DNA of 64,000 bases from Minisyncoccota bacterium (GCA_035509435.1 DATJLR010000002.1:69774-133773); one strand, 5' to 3'. Counted from the stretch's first letter, positions 28,622-39,003 are shown. Notes: a model not told the origin generated them from the sequence alone. Made by a program: numbers and translations.

Positions 28622-30628
28622 ATGGAACACTTCCTTCTCGGAGACCTCACGTGGAGCGCGCTGCCGCATCAATGGTTCACCATCGGGGGCACCGCGGCGA
28701 TCTTCGGAGGGCTTATCATCATTGCGGCAATTCTCACGTACTTCAAGCGCTGGAAATGGCTGTGGAAAGAATGGCTGACGTCCACCGACCCGAAGAAGAT
28801 CGGCGTCATGTACATTGTGATGGCGTCGCTCATGCTCTTCCGCGGCGGCCTCGATGCGGCGATGATCTGGCTGCAGCAGTCGCTCGGATCCAGCAACGGT
28901 CCCGGATTTCTCGGCGTCTCGCACGGCTATCTTGATTCCAGTCATTTCCAGCAGATATTCACGGCGCACGGGGATATCATGGTGTTCTTCGTGACGATGG
29001 GATTCTTTTTCGGCCTCATGAACCTGATCGTGCCGCTGCAGATCGGCGCGCGCGACCTTGCGTTCCCGTTCCTCAATTCGCTCGGATTCTGGCTCTACGT
29101 GGCGGGCGCCGTCTTTATAAACATGTTCTTCGTGATCGGCGGTGAATTTGCCGCGAGCGGCTGGCTCTCGCTGCCGCCGCTATCCGAATTGCAATATAGC
29201 CCGGGCACCGGCGTGGATTATTGGGTATGGTCGCTGCAGATCTCCGGCCTCGGATCCCTGCTCGGCGGCATCAATTTCATCGTCACCATTTTGAAGATGC
29301 GCGTGAAGGGGATGAAGCTCATGATGATGCCGCTGTTCACCTGGACGTCGCTCTGCAGCATGTTCCTCGTGATCGCGGCTTTCCCGGTGCTCACCGCGAC
29401 GACACTGCTCCTCTGGCTTGACCGTTTCATGGGCATGCACTTCTTTACGACGACCGCCGGCGGCAACCCGATGCTGTATGTGAACCTGATCTGGATGTGG
29501 GGGCATCCGGAGGTGTACATCCTCGTGATCCCGGCGTTCGGCATCTTTTCGGAGATCGTTGCCACGTTTTCCGGCAAGAAGATCTTCGGCTATGTTTCCA
29601 TGGTGTGTGCCGCGATCTGCATCACCCTACTTTCGTTCCTTGTCTGGTTGCATCACTTCTTTACCATGGGCGCCGGCGCCGACGTTGACGCGTTTTTCGG
29701 CATCATGACGGGCATCATCGCGATCCCGACGGCCGTTCAGATATTCAACTGGATCGCCACGATGTTCCGCGGGCGGATACGGTTCACAACGCCGATGATG
29801 TATTTCATCGGGTTTGTGAGCCTCTTCACGTTCGGCGGCATGGCGGGCGTTCTGCTCTCCATCCCGGGCGCGGATTTTGAGCTGCACAATTCGCTCTTCC
29901 TCGTGGCGCACTTCCATACGATGATCGTGAGCGGCGCGCTCTTCGGCATCTTCGCGGGGCTCACGTACTGGTTCCCCAAAGTGATGGGATTCAGGCTGAA
30001 CGAGCGCCTGGGTCGGCGCGCGTTCTGGCTGTGGCTCGTCGGATTCCTCGTCTCGTTCACGCCGCTCTATATATTGGGTTTCCTCGGCGCGACGCGGCGG
30101 CTTGACACCTATGACGCCTCGACCGGCTGGCAGCCGTTGTTCATCGTCGCGGGGGTCGGCGTATGCATCATCGCCGCCGGCGCGCTCACGCAGGTGTGGC
30201 AGGTGATCGTGAGCATTCGCGAGCGCAAGGAGAACTTGGATACCACGGGCGATCCGTGGGACGGCCGCACGCTTGAGTGGGCAACGCATTCGCCGGTGCC
30301 ATACTACGATTTTGCGCAAACGCCGGAAGCGGATTCCCGCGACGCATTCTGGGAGATGAAGAAGCGGGGTACAGTGCGTGGCCGCGACGTTCCGGTAAAG
30401 TACGAGGACATCACGCTCTCAAAGAACACCGGCATGGCGATCTACCTTTCGGGATTCTTCTTCCTGTTCTCGTTCGGCGCGGTATGGCACATCATCTGGC
30501 TCATGGTGCTCGGGCTTGTTGGCTGCGTCGCGTGCGTCATCATCCGTTCGTTCAACGACGATACTGAATACACGATTCCCGCGGCCGAAGTGGAACGGAT
30601 GGAAAAACTCGCATGGAAAAAGCAATGA
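28622..30628 (+). CDS. cyoB: Heme-copper oxidase subunit I (quinol oxidase CyoB)
   Basis: 668 aa, ~14 TM helices, conserved His ligands (WGHPEVYIL..., HFHTMIVSG, WAHHMF-type motifs). Confidence 0.95.
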   Translation: MEHFLLGDLTWSALPHQWFTIGGTAAIFGGLIIIAAILTYFKRWKWLWKEWLTSTDPKKIGVMYIVMASLMLFRGGLDAAMIWLQQSLGSSNGPGFLGVSHGYLDSSHFQQIFTAHGDIMVFFVTMGFFFGLMNLIVPLQIGARDLAFPFLNSLGFWLYVAGAVFINMFFVIGGEFAASGWLSLPPLSELQYSPGTGVDYWVWSLQISGLGSLLGGINFIVTILKMRVKGMKLMMMPLFTWTSLCSMFLVIAAFPVLTATTLLLWLDRFMGMHFFTTTAGGNPMLYVNLIWMWGHPEVYILVIPAFGIFSEIVATFSGKKIFGYVSMVCAAICITLLSFLVWLHHFFTMGAGADVDAFFGIMTGIIAIPTAVQIFNWIATMFRGRIRFTTPMMYFIGFVSLFTFGGMAGVLLSIPGADFELHNSLFLVAHFHTMIVSGALFGIFAGLTYWFPKVMGFRLNERLGRRAFWLWLVGFLVSFTPLYILGFLGATRRLDTYDASTGWQPLFIVAGVGVCIIAAGALTQVWQVIVSIRERKENLDTTGDPWDGRTLEWATHSPVPYYDFAQTPEADSRDAFWEMKKRGTVRGRDVPVKYEDITLSKNTGMAIYLSGFFFLFSFGAVWHIIWLMVLGLVGCVACVIIRSFNDDTEYTIPAAEVERMEKLAWKKQ

Positions 30629-30632
30629 AAAA

Positions 30633-31223
30633 ATGAAAACAGAAACGGAAATGAAAAATGAAGCCTCGACCGCCGACCGCCATGCGTTCGGGTTCTGGGT
30701 CTATCTGATGACCGACCTTGTGATATTCGGCGTGCTCTTCGCGGTATATTTCGTGCTGCAGCCTGCCACGTTCGGAGCGCCTTCAGCGCACGATCTTTTC
30801 AGCCTGCCGACCGCGCTTGCGAACACGCTCGTGCTGCTCACCTCGAGCTTCACCTGCGGGCTTGCTACGCTCGCGGCGCGGCGGGGGAAGGTGAACCAGG
30901 TGATCGCATGGCTCGCGGTCACGTTCGTGCTCGGCGCGACGTTCCTTACGATCGAGCTTACCGAGTTCTCGCACTTCATTTCCCTTGGAGCGGACTGGAC
31001 GAAGAGCGCGTTCCTGTCTTCGTTCTTTACGCTCGTCGGGACGCACGGCCTGCATATCTCCGTGGGGCTCCTGTGGATCGTCGTCGCGATCGTCCAGCTG
31101 AAAGTGCGCGGCCTCACGCCGCCCATCATTTCCAAACTGGACCGCTTCACGCTGTTCTGGCATTTTTTGGACATCGTCTGGATATTCATCTTTACGACCG
31201 TTTACCTGATGGGAATAATGTAA
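30633..31223 (+). CDS. cyoC: Quinol oxidase subunit III (CyoC)
   Basis: 5-TM protein, 196 aa from the in-frame ATG at 30633 just after the cyoB stop. The track ORF starts further upstream inside cyoB. Confidence 0.88.
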   Translation: MKTETEMKNEASTADRHAFGFWVYLMTDLVIFGVLFAVYFVLQPATFGAPSAHDLFSLPTALANTLVLLTSSFTCGLATLAARRGKVNQVIAWLAVTFVLGATFLTIELTEFSHFISLGADWTKSAFLSSFFTLVGTHGLHISVGLLWIVVAIVQLKVRGLTPPIISKLDRFTLFWHFLDIVWIFIFTTVYLMGIM

Positions 31224-31227
31224 AACC

Positions 31228-31581
31228 ATGAAAGCTTCGCTCAAGTCATATGTCACCGGATTTATCCTTTCTGTCATGCTCACGCTCGCGGCAGCGTGGC
31301 TCGTCTTCGCGCACGTGACGAGCGGCATCTTCTCGGGCGATGTCCTTATCGGCGCCATCCTTGTCCTCGCGGTCGCGCAGCTTTTCGTCCAACTTATATT
31401 CTTCATGCACATCGCGGAAGAGACGGGGCCGCGCTTCCGGCTCGTGGTGCTCTTTTCCACGGTCGGGATCATCTTCATCGTGATCGCCGGGTCCATTTGG
31501 ATCATGAACCATCTGAACTATAATATGATGGCATCGCCGGCAGAGATGAACGCATATATCCAGAGCCAGGACGGATTCTGA
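31228..31581 (+). CDS. cyoD: Quinol oxidase subunit IV (CyoD)
   Basis: 117-aa 3-TM protein directly after cyoC. Typical CyoD size and hydropathy. Confidence 0.8.
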   Translation: MKASLKSYVTGFILSVMLTLAAAWLVFAHVTSGIFSGDVLIGAILVLAVAQLFVQLIFFMHIAEETGPRFRLVVLFSTVGIIFIVIAGSIWIMNHLNYNMMASPAEMNAYIQSQDGF

Positions 31582-31601
31582 ACGATGACGATGCTTTCGC
31601 A

Positions 31602-32513
31602 ATGAAATACTATTACGAGCTTACCAAGTCAGGACTGGTGTTCGGGAACCTCATTACGGTGATCGCGGGATTTTTGCTCGGCGCGCGGACCGTTGCGATC
31701 GTGAACGGCATCCTGCCGGTGGACCCGTGGCTTTTGTTCGCAACATGCGCGGGCATTGCCTGCGTGATGGCGTCCGGATGCGTGTTCAATAATTACATCG
31801 ACCGCGACATTGACGGGAAAATGGAGCGCACGCGGCACCGCGCCCTCGTCGCGCGGCATATCTCCGGCCGCGCGGCAATCGTCTTCGCCGCCGCGCTCGG
31901 CATCGCCGGCTTTTTCATCCTCGCCATATATACCAACACGCTTGCGACGCTCGCCGCCGCGACGGGATTTATTTTCTACGTTTTCGCGTACAGCCTGTGG
32001 GGAAAGCGGCGCACGGTGTATGGCACGTTCATCGGCGCGATCGCGGGCGCCACGCCGCCGGTCGTGGGATACGCGGCGGCGAGCGGCCGGGTCGACATGG
32101 CGGCGGCGATCCTGTTCGTCATCATGCTCGCGTGGCAGATGCCGCATTTTTTCGCCATCGCCATCCGGCGCAGGGATGATTACGCCGCCGCCCATATTCC
32201 GGTAATGCCCGTGAGTCGCGGCATGCGGCGCACGAAATCGAGCATGGCCATCTATATAATAGAGTTCACGCTTGCCGCCTGCCTTCTCTTCATGTTCGGC
32301 TATGCGGGCATCCCATACCTTGCGATCGCCGCCGCGCTCGGCATTGTCTGGCTCGGATTCGCTGTGCGCGGATTTTCGATACCGGATGCCGCAACGGAGC
32401 CGTCGCATCCGCATGCCGCCGCGAATAAAAAATGGGCGACGCAGATGTTCGCCCTTTCGCTCATCATCATGGTCGCCCTTTTCGGCGCGATCGCGGTGAC
32501 CGCTGTTATATAA
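31602..32513 (+). CDS. cyoE: Protoheme IX farnesyltransferase (heme O synthase)
   Basis: UbiA-family motifs (NNYIDRDIDGKMERTRHRAL; second Asp-rich region YAAAHIP), 9 TM. 303 aa. Confidence 0.9.
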   Translation: MKYYYELTKSGLVFGNLITVIAGFLLGARTVAIVNGILPVDPWLLFATCAGIACVMASGCVFNNYIDRDIDGKMERTRHRALVARHISGRAAIVFAAALGIAGFFILAIYTNTLATLAAATGFIFYVFAYSLWGKRRTVYGTFIGAIAGATPPVVGYAAASGRVDMAAAILFVIMLAWQMPHFFAIAIRRRDDYAAAHIPVMPVSRGMRRTKSSMAIYIIEFTLAACLLFMFGYAGIPYLAIAAALGIVWLGFAVRGFSIPDAATEPSHPHAAANKKWATQMFALSLIIMVALFGAIAVTAVI

Positions 32514-32584
32514 CGGCCATCCCGGCCGTATTATCTGGCAAGCAAAAAGGTCGGCCAAACAGCCATATTGTCGTCACTATTACT

Positions 32585-32737
32585 ATGCTTGTCACCATAG
32601 CAGTCATCCTTCTTGTTCTTTGGGTCCTGGGCCTTGTAACATCGTATACGCTTGGGGGGTTCATCTACCTCCTTCTTGTCGCCGCCATCATATTGTTCCT
32701 GATCCGCGTCATCCGCGGAGAAAATCCGATCAAATAG
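32585..32737 (+). CDS. Small two-TM membrane protein (lmo0937/DUF5670-like)
   Basis: 50 aa from the internal ATG: MLVTIAVILLVLWVLGLVTSYTLGGFIYLLLVAAIILFLIRVIRGENPIK. The track ORF start at 32432 overlaps cyoE. Confidence 0.5.
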   Translation: MLVTIAVILLVLWVLGLVTSYTLGGFIYLLLVAAIILFLIRVIRGENPIK

Positions 32738-32744
32738 GCGGGCG

Positions 32745-34031
32745 TCAGCCGATCACCACTTTTGCGATGGCGAAAATGCTCCTCAAAGAATAGTTCGCGG
32801 TAAAGCTCACGTTGTTGCCGTTCGTGATGTACGGATCCTTCATGACATAATTGCCGTTGCTGCCGCTCACCAGAACGACGAAGTGCGTGCCTCCGTAGGC
32901 ATTGATGCCCACGATCACCGGATTGCCGGTGGCGAGCGTCGCGTCGATGGCGGCGGTCTTGCGCGTGACGGTCACGCCGTCGACGTTGAAGGTCGTGAGG
33001 AGATACGCAGGATAATATGCGGCAAAGTCGTTCGGGTTGGAATTGATCGTTTCCGGCGTCACGTCCTTGTACCCGTAGTGCGTGAGCACCATCGCCATCG
33101 CGGTCACAAGGCAGCCGTCGGCAGCCATCGTATATTTTGTGCCATCAAGCGGCAGACTGCCCCATGCGCTGTCGCGCTGATTATAATAGCAGCCCCATGA
33201 ATCACAGACCGTCTGATTGCCGAGGATCTTCGATCCGCCCGCGTTCGCCGCGAACGCGGAAAAGCTCGCGAGCTGTGCCTGCGCGGAAGCAAGGAGTTTT
33301 TCGTACGTCGCCTCCTGCGAGTTCGTTTCCACAAGAAGCTGGTTCTTTGATTGCACGGTTTGCGTGAGCGTCTGCTGCTGCGCGGTCAGCGTCTGCTGCT
33401 GCGCGGTCAGCGTGCTTTGTTTCTGCTGCGAGGCGTTTTGCGATGACGCAAGGGCGTCCTTTTCCTGCTTGAGCGTTTCCATCGCGCTTTGGATGCCGTC
33501 CTGGATCTGGAGGGTCTGATTCACGTCTTCCCATGCCTTTTCAAGGCCGCCGGAAGAGAGCATTTCCACGAGAAGGGGCTGGGCATCCTGTTTTTGAAGG
33601 CTTTCGAGATACGCGCCGAGCGCCGTCTGGTCGGTTTCGATCGTCTGCTGAGTATCCGTGATCTCGCCGCCCAGCTGCTGGATCTCTATCTGGGTGGCGC
33701 TGATCTCGGTTTGGGTAAGGTTGATCTGCGCCTGGACCTTGTTCTTTTGGAGATCGAGGGAGTTGATCGCTGCCTGAAGCGTCTTTTTATTGGCTCCGAC
33801 CTGCTGGAGCTCGGCTTGATATTGCGCAATTTGGGCATTAAGGGCGGCCATCTGCTCCTGATTGGCGTCAAGCTGGGCCTGCAGGGTACTGCTGCTCGTG
33901 GTCGTGGACGTTGCAGCGGTGGCTTGTGCATAGGCAGCCGGAAGCCGTATAAGGGTGATTCCGGTAGCCACGGCGACGATGGATATTGCTATCGAGAGTA
34001 TGATGAGCGTTTTTTTCATAAATGGGAGCAC
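32745..34031 (-). CDS. Secreted coiled-coil protein with C-terminal peptidase C39-like (papain-fold) domain
   Basis: Signal peptide, ~250 aa Gln/Thr/Leu-rich coiled coil with heptad TLTAQQQ repeats, C-terminal Cys...His domain (CDSWGCYY...GTHFVVLVSG). Confidence 0.6.
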   Translation of the reverse strand: MLPFMKKTLIILSIAISIVAVATGITLIRLPAAYAQATAATSTTTSSSTLQAQLDANQEQMAALNAQIAQYQAELQQVGANKKTLQAAINSLDLQKNKVQAQINLTQTEISATQIEIQQLGGEITDTQQTIETDQTALGAYLESLQKQDAQPLLVEMLSSGGLEKAWEDVNQTLQIQDGIQSAMETLKQEKDALASSQNASQQKQSTLTAQQQTLTAQQQTLTQTVQSKNQLLVETNSQEATYEKLLASAQAQLASFSAFAANAGGSKILGNQTVCDSWGCYYNQRDSAWGSLPLDGTKYTMAADGCLVTAMAMVLTHYGYKDVTPETINSNPNDFAAYYPAYLLTTFNVDGVTVTRKTAAIDATLATGNPVIVGINAYGGTHFVVLVSGSNGNYVMKDPYITNGNNVSFTANYSLRSIFAIAKVVIG

Positions 34032-34150
34032 TGGTATATTATAAGCCCGGGAAAATCGCTGGCAACCGACCTTTTTTATTGCTTACTTGCCGGTGCCGTG
34101 TATATGGCATAAGATACGGAAAGAGTTATATCGCATTGAGGAGGCTCCTT

Positions 34151-34647
34151 TGAAAGAACCCGCAATTTCTTGTTTGGTTTTTCTTGCCATGGGAGCATCT
34201 TGTGGCATTGCCCAAACCCTCTTGCTGGACGAACCATCTCCGGCTCCGACCGCTGCGGCGTCTGCTGTGACGACGAGCGCAGCTTCCAAAGTTTCCCCGG
34301 GAAATTTTTTTGTCATTGGCGGCATCCAGGCGCATCGCCGCGCATGGACGGTCTCTGACGGCATCCTGGAGGGGACACTTCTTGCGCTTGGGGCCGTCGA
34401 TTGCGTCCAAACCCTTGAAGCGAGCGGGAGCTCCTCACAATACGTGGAGCTCAATCCCATTCTGGGATCTCATCCGAGCAAGGGAAGTGTCTTCGCCTAT
34501 TTTGGCGGGATGGGCGCAGCGCAGGTGGGAGTGAGCGCAATTCTGCATCGTCGTACACGCCGATGGGAAACGCTTGCGTTTTTGGGAATGGAAACCTATG
34601 CGGTGATCGGCAATAGTGGTGCGATACCGCATACGTATTGGCACTGA
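34151..34647 (+). CDS. Secreted hypothetical protein (TTG start after GGAGG RBS)
   Basis: GAGGAGG at 34139..34145, 5-nt spacer, TTG at 34151. The product begins with a signal-peptide-like KEPAISCLVFLAMGASCGIAQ. Confidence 0.45.
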
Positions 34648-34653
34648 TCCTGA

Positions 34654-34697
34654 GGGGCTGTCGGAAGTGATTTCCGGCAGCCCCTTATTTTTTTTTA
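34654..34697 (+). terminator. Rho-independent terminator
   Basis: GGGGCTGTCGGAAGTGATTTCCGGCAGCCCC hairpin followed by TTATTTTTTTTT. Confidence 0.75.
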
Positions 34698-34896
34698 ATG
34701 CTGTTTTTATTTGTGCCGCTTGCTCTTTTTTGCCTTCTTTGCTTCCAGCATGAGCCGTTTGGCCTCAAGCCGCTTCTTTGTCTTCTTGGAATTTGATCGT
34801 TGGCCTGTTATCCAGTGTCCTCGCTTTGGCATGGGATATGGTGGTTAATTTAATTACTTTCTAATCTTATCAGAACAAGGAGGAAAAATAAACCTA

Positions 34897-35313
34897 TCAG
34901 TGGATATATAAGCTTATGAAAAGCCCGACCCCCGACAGGATGGAGAGGCCCCATGCGTAGACGAATGTGATCGTGAGCCGTCGATGCTTCAAAAAATAAT
35001 TTTCGCCTTTGCGGTAACCGCCTGCGGCCACAAGAAAGAATACGATGAGCGCCACGAACATGATGAGGGAAAATATCCCGTGGAATGCTCCGATCGCGGT
35101 TTCGTATGGATTGAGCGGGCCGGCACTGTCGCCCTTGAGCTCACGGGAGAACATGTAAGTGATGTTAAAGAGCAATTCGTACGCGAGCACGCCGAACGCA
35201 AACCATCGCAGGAAGACGCCGGTGGTATAGGCTTTGCGGATGATGAAATATATGGACGTGGTCACGATAAGCTCTGCGCACAGGGTGATGGTGCTCAAAA
35301 GCGGGATATGCAT
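34897..35313 (-). CDS. Four-TM membrane protein (possibly DUF420/CtaM-like oxidase-associated)
   Basis: 138 aa, four hydrophobic helices. The family call is weak. Confidence 0.45.
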   Translation of the reverse strand: MHIPLLSTITLCAELIVTTSIYFIIRKAYTTGVFLRWFAFGVLAYELLFNITYMFSRELKGDSAGPLNPYETAIGAFHGIFSLIMFVALIVFFLVAAGGYRKGENYFLKHRRLTITFVYAWGLSILSGVGLFISLYIH

Positions 35314-35405
35314 GATATTGAGTATAGCACTGTTTTTGCGCGGTCAAAGCACCAAAATCAGCCGCTGGCTCGTACAAATAAGAAGGTGAGCATTATAATA
35401 CTAGT

Positions 35406-37262
35406 ATGAACAAAAAACATGGGGGATTTGCGGTTGCGGCGTCGGTAGCGGCCAGTTTGCTCATGGCTTCGTCGGCCTATGCCTTGACGCCCACATTTTC
35501 GGCTTCCTATACGGGAAGCGGCGATTATGTGCAGGTGAACATCTCGAACGCGGATCCCAACTATAGCGTCCTTCTTGATACCAATAACAGCATCCAGGCG
35601 ATCGGCACCACGAATTCGAGCGGCGAGTTTTCGGATTCGATCAGCACGTCGGCCTATAATATCACCCCGGGTAGCGTGGTGTACGTGACGGTGGACGGTC
35701 AGCAGTCAAATTCGCTCACGTGGCCCTATACCACCGGCAGCAATTCCACGTTTTCTTTGAACCAGAGCGAACTTTCGCTCACGACCGGAGAGTCTGCTAC
35801 GATCACGGCGAGCACGGATGGCCCGTTCTTTCTTTCCAGCAATTCCAATCCGTCGATCGCCAACGTTTCCTTTAATGGTGACCAGATCGTTGTGGCGGCA
35901 AACACTGCCGGCAGCACGAACCTGACGGTCTGCCTTGTCTCGTCGACGGGAAGCTGCCAAACAGAGACCGTCAATGTCTCCGGTAGCGGCTCCACTACGA
36001 TCACCTTCAGCCAGAACAATTTGAGCATTCCCACCGGTCAGACCGCCACCGTGAACGTGAGCGGCGGGACGGGCGTATATACGATCAGCAATAACTCCAA
36101 TTCCGCCGTTGTCGGGGCATCGATCTCCGGCAATGTTGTCTCGCTCTACGCCTCGAATGTCGAGGGCACCGCATCTATCACTGTCTGTTCCACCAATATG
36201 AGTTCGTGCGGCGTGATCAGTGTCACCGTCACCACAAACTCCGATTATTCGTCGCTTGTCTTTAGCAATACCGCACCATCGCTTGCGGTAGGACAGTCCG
36301 TGAGCGTGAGCATCATCGGCGGCGTCGCGCCATATTATGTGAGCGGAAATTCCAATTCGAGCGTTGTAGGAACTTCGATCTCCGGAAATGTAGTGACCTT
36401 ATCGGGTATTGAAACGGGCGCCGCGAGCGTCACGATATGTTCCAATACCAATGTATGCCAGACGTTGCCCGTCACGGTCGGCGAATCCTCGTCGGAAGCC
36501 CTCTCCGTAGGCCAGACGAACGTCACGCTCGCCCCGGGAGGCAGCGATTCGGTCTCGATCTCCGGTTCGGGCAGTTATTATGTTTCAAGCAACAGTAATG
36601 GGAGCGTGGCGACCGCGGCGATCAGCGGCGATAACGTTGTATTCACCGGCATCACCGCAGGCACGGACGATGTAGGCGTCTGCGAGAACACCGGTCAGTG
36701 TGCCACGATCTACGTGACGGTCACCGGCTCTCCCGCGTCCACCGGCACCACGGTGACGCAGTCCACGGGTTCCGGCCTTACGCTTACGCAGGTGCTGTCC
36801 GCGGGGCAGGGCCTGAATATCCTCCTTTCCGGCGGCACTGAGCCGTACTCCATCTCCGTTGCCCCGAGTTCCATTGTGAGCGCTTCCGTAAACAGCGGCG
36901 ATGTCCTTACGCTTGCGGGCATCATTCCCGGCGAGACGTCGCTCACCGTCTGTTCCGCGAACGGTCTTTGTTCTCCGGTATATATCGATGTGACGGCAGC
37001 GGCAACGGCCACCACCGGCGCCACGACCGCATCGTCCGGTCAATATGACTTCACTACGTTCCTGGGATATGGCTCCACGGGCGCGGCAGTCACGGCGCTT
37101 CAGGAACAGCTGACGCGTGACGGCATCTATAGCGGTCCTATCACGGGTTATTACGGCGACCTTACGACCACCGCAGTGAAGACATTCCAATCTGATCACG
37201 GCATCTCATCCGTCGGTTACGTTGGCCCCTCAACGCGCGCGGCGCTGAATGCAGGTGATTAG
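35406..37262 (+). CDS. Secreted protein with ~6 bacterial Ig-like (Big_2-type) repeats and C-terminal peptidoglycan-binding domain
   Basis: Signal peptide. Repeated modules ending ...GTASITVCS / AASVTICS / TSLTVCS. C-terminus YDFTTFLGYGSTGAAVTALQEQLTRDGIY...TAVKTFQSDHGI (PG_binding_1). Confidence 0.7.
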   Translation: MNKKHGGFAVAASVAASLLMASSAYALTPTFSASYTGSGDYVQVNISNADPNYSVLLDTNNSIQAIGTTNSSGEFSDSISTSAYNITPGSVVYVTVDGQQSNSLTWPYTTGSNSTFSLNQSELSLTTGESATITASTDGPFFLSSNSNPSIANVSFNGDQIVVAANTAGSTNLTVCLVSSTGSCQTETVNVSGSGSTTITFSQNNLSIPTGQTATVNVSGGTGVYTISNNSNSAVVGASISGNVVSLYASNVEGTASITVCSTNMSSCGVISVTVTTNSDYSSLVFSNTAPSLAVGQSVSVSIIGGVAPYYVSGNSNSSVVGTSISGNVVTLSGIETGAASVTICSNTNVCQTLPVTVGESSSEALSVGQTNVTLAPGGSDSVSISGSGSYYVSSNSNGSVATAAISGDNVVFTGITAGTDDVGVCENTGQCATIYVTVTGSPASTGTTVTQSTGSGLTLTQVLSAGQGLNILLSGGTEPYSISVAPSSIVSASVNSGDVLTLAGIIPGETSLTVCSANGLCSPVYIDVTAAATATTGATTASSGQYDFTTFLGYGSTGAAVTALQEQLTRDGIYSGPITGYYGDLTTTAVKTFQSDHGISSVGYVGPSTRAALNAGD

Positions 37263-37312
37263 GGGATGGTGGCCCCTTGCACGATTACGCCGCAATATGC
37301 TACTTTCCGTGG

Positions 37313-38968
37313 ATGAAGAGATCATTTAAAGTGGCATCGCTCGCGGCGCTTTTTGTCGTTCTCCTTGGCGTTGGATGGTGGCAATATGGAAGGCTGGAGG
37401 CCGCCCGATCTTTGGAGGATGTTCCTCTGGGGGTGTCGGTCAATACCCAAAACGGCAAGATCGATGTCCTTACCTATCATTACGATGACGCCCGCGACGG
37501 CGTTGATCCGGACGAGACGACGCTCACGCCCGTGAACGTGAACGTGAACACGTTCGGCAAGATCATGACGCTGCCCGTCGACGGCCAGGTGTATGCCCAG
37601 CCGCTCTATGTGTCCGGCGTGAAACTCGCGGATGGCAGTACTCACGACGTGCTGTATGTGGCGACGGCGAACGATAGCCTGTATGCATTTGACGCGAACA
37701 CCGGCGCGCAGCTTTGGAAGGACAGTTTCATAGATCCCTATCAATGGGTGGTCCCTGTGCCTGTCCAGGACGTCAAAACGTTGGATATCACTCCCACGAT
37801 CGGCATCATCGGAACTCCCGTGATCGATCCCACATCGAACACGCTCTATGTCGTTTCCAAAGTGGAGGATGTGCAGGGCATCAACACCCAGCCGCCGACC
37901 TTCGCGCAATACCTCCACGCGATCGACCTCGCGACGGGCAAAGAGAAGTTCAACGGGCCGTCGCTCATCGTCGCCACCGACACGCTCCCGAACGGCACGT
38001 CCATCGATTTCGACCCGCTGCTCGGCAACCAGCGCGGCGCGCTCACGCTCCTTGATGGAACCGTTTATATCCCGTGGGCATCGCATGGCGACGTGGGCGA
38101 CTTCCACGGATGGGTGATGGGCTACGCCGCCGATGACGTGCAGAAGCAGACCGCGGTCTTTATGGACACGCCATACGGCGATCGCGGCGGCATCTGGATG
38201 TCGGGCGACGGCCTTGCCACGGACGGCACATATCTCTATTCAAGCGACGGCGACGGCGATTTCAGCGCCGCGCCTGGCGCGCAGAACTTCGGCGAGAGCA
38301 CCGTCAAGCTGGATCCGTCCACCCTGAAGGTCGTGGATTATTTTGCCACGTTCGATGCCGAGAAGGACGGCCAGGACGACCTTGATGCGGGCACGGGCGG
38401 CGTGCATCTTATTACGGACAAGACGACCTCTTCCACGCTCCTCGTCACGGGGGACAAGCAGGGCGACATCTACGTGCTCGACGCGAGCGACCTTGGCGGC
38501 TATTCTTCGAGCACCAACAACGACATCCAGGAGATCAAGCTCGGGAAGCCGCTGCTCAACAATATGGCCTACTTTGATCAGACGCTCTACGCGGGCGGCA
38601 ACAATCTTCCGCTGCAGGCCTTTACGCTGAACGACCGGCAGTTTTCCACGGCGGCCACGTCAAAGACGGGCAACACGTTCGGCACAGGCGGCTTCAACGG
38701 GCAGGGGACGAATCCTGTCGTGAGCGCGAACGGCACGAGCAGCGCGATCGTGTGGGCGCTCGACAACAGCGCGTACGGTTCGAACGGGCCGGCCGTGCTC
38801 TATGCGTACAATGCCCGGAACCTCGGCCAGGAGTTGTACTCAAGCAACCAGGATGCGTCGCGCGACGCGGCCGGCCCGGCGGTCAAGTTCACCGCCGCGC
38901 TCGTTGCGAACGGCAAGGTCTTCGTGCCGGGCGCATCGCAGGTGACGGTGTATGGCCTCTTGAATTGA
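37313..38968 (+). CDS. Secreted PQQ-like beta-propeller repeat protein
   Basis: Signal anchor MKRSFKVASLAALFVVLLGVGWW. Repeats of the G-x-LYAFDANTGAQLW type. 552 aa. Confidence 0.55.
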   Translation: MKRSFKVASLAALFVVLLGVGWWQYGRLEAARSLEDVPLGVSVNTQNGKIDVLTYHYDDARDGVDPDETTLTPVNVNVNTFGKIMTLPVDGQVYAQPLYVSGVKLADGSTHDVLYVATANDSLYAFDANTGAQLWKDSFIDPYQWVVPVPVQDVKTLDITPTIGIIGTPVIDPTSNTLYVVSKVEDVQGINTQPPTFAQYLHAIDLATGKEKFNGPSLIVATDTLPNGTSIDFDPLLGNQRGALTLLDGTVYIPWASHGDVGDFHGWVMGYAADDVQKQTAVFMDTPYGDRGGIWMSGDGLATDGTYLYSSDGDGDFSAAPGAQNFGESTVKLDPSTLKVVDYFATFDAEKDGQDDLDAGTGGVHLITDKTTSSTLLVTGDKQGDIYVLDASDLGGYSSSTNNDIQEIKLGKPLLNNMAYFDQTLYAGGNNLPLQAFTLNDRQFSTAATSKTGNTFGTGGFNGQGTNPVVSANGTSSAIVWALDNSAYGSNGPAVLYAYNARNLGQELYSSNQDASRDAAGPAVKFTAALVANGKVFVPGASQVTVYGLLN

Positions 38969-39003
38969 CCGGTCTGCTATAATAGGACCATAAGGCCAAT
39001 ATC

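Noticed and set aside
29627-30319. 230-aa minus ORF inside cyoB
   Set aside because: Antisense to heme-copper oxidase subunit I. Composition-driven.
31629-32558. 309-aa minus-strand ORF antisense to cyoE (Arg/Gly/Asp-rich)
   Set aside because: Low-complexity R/G/D-rich translation typical of antisense frames in GC-rich DNA. It fully overlaps a well-supported UbiA-family gene.
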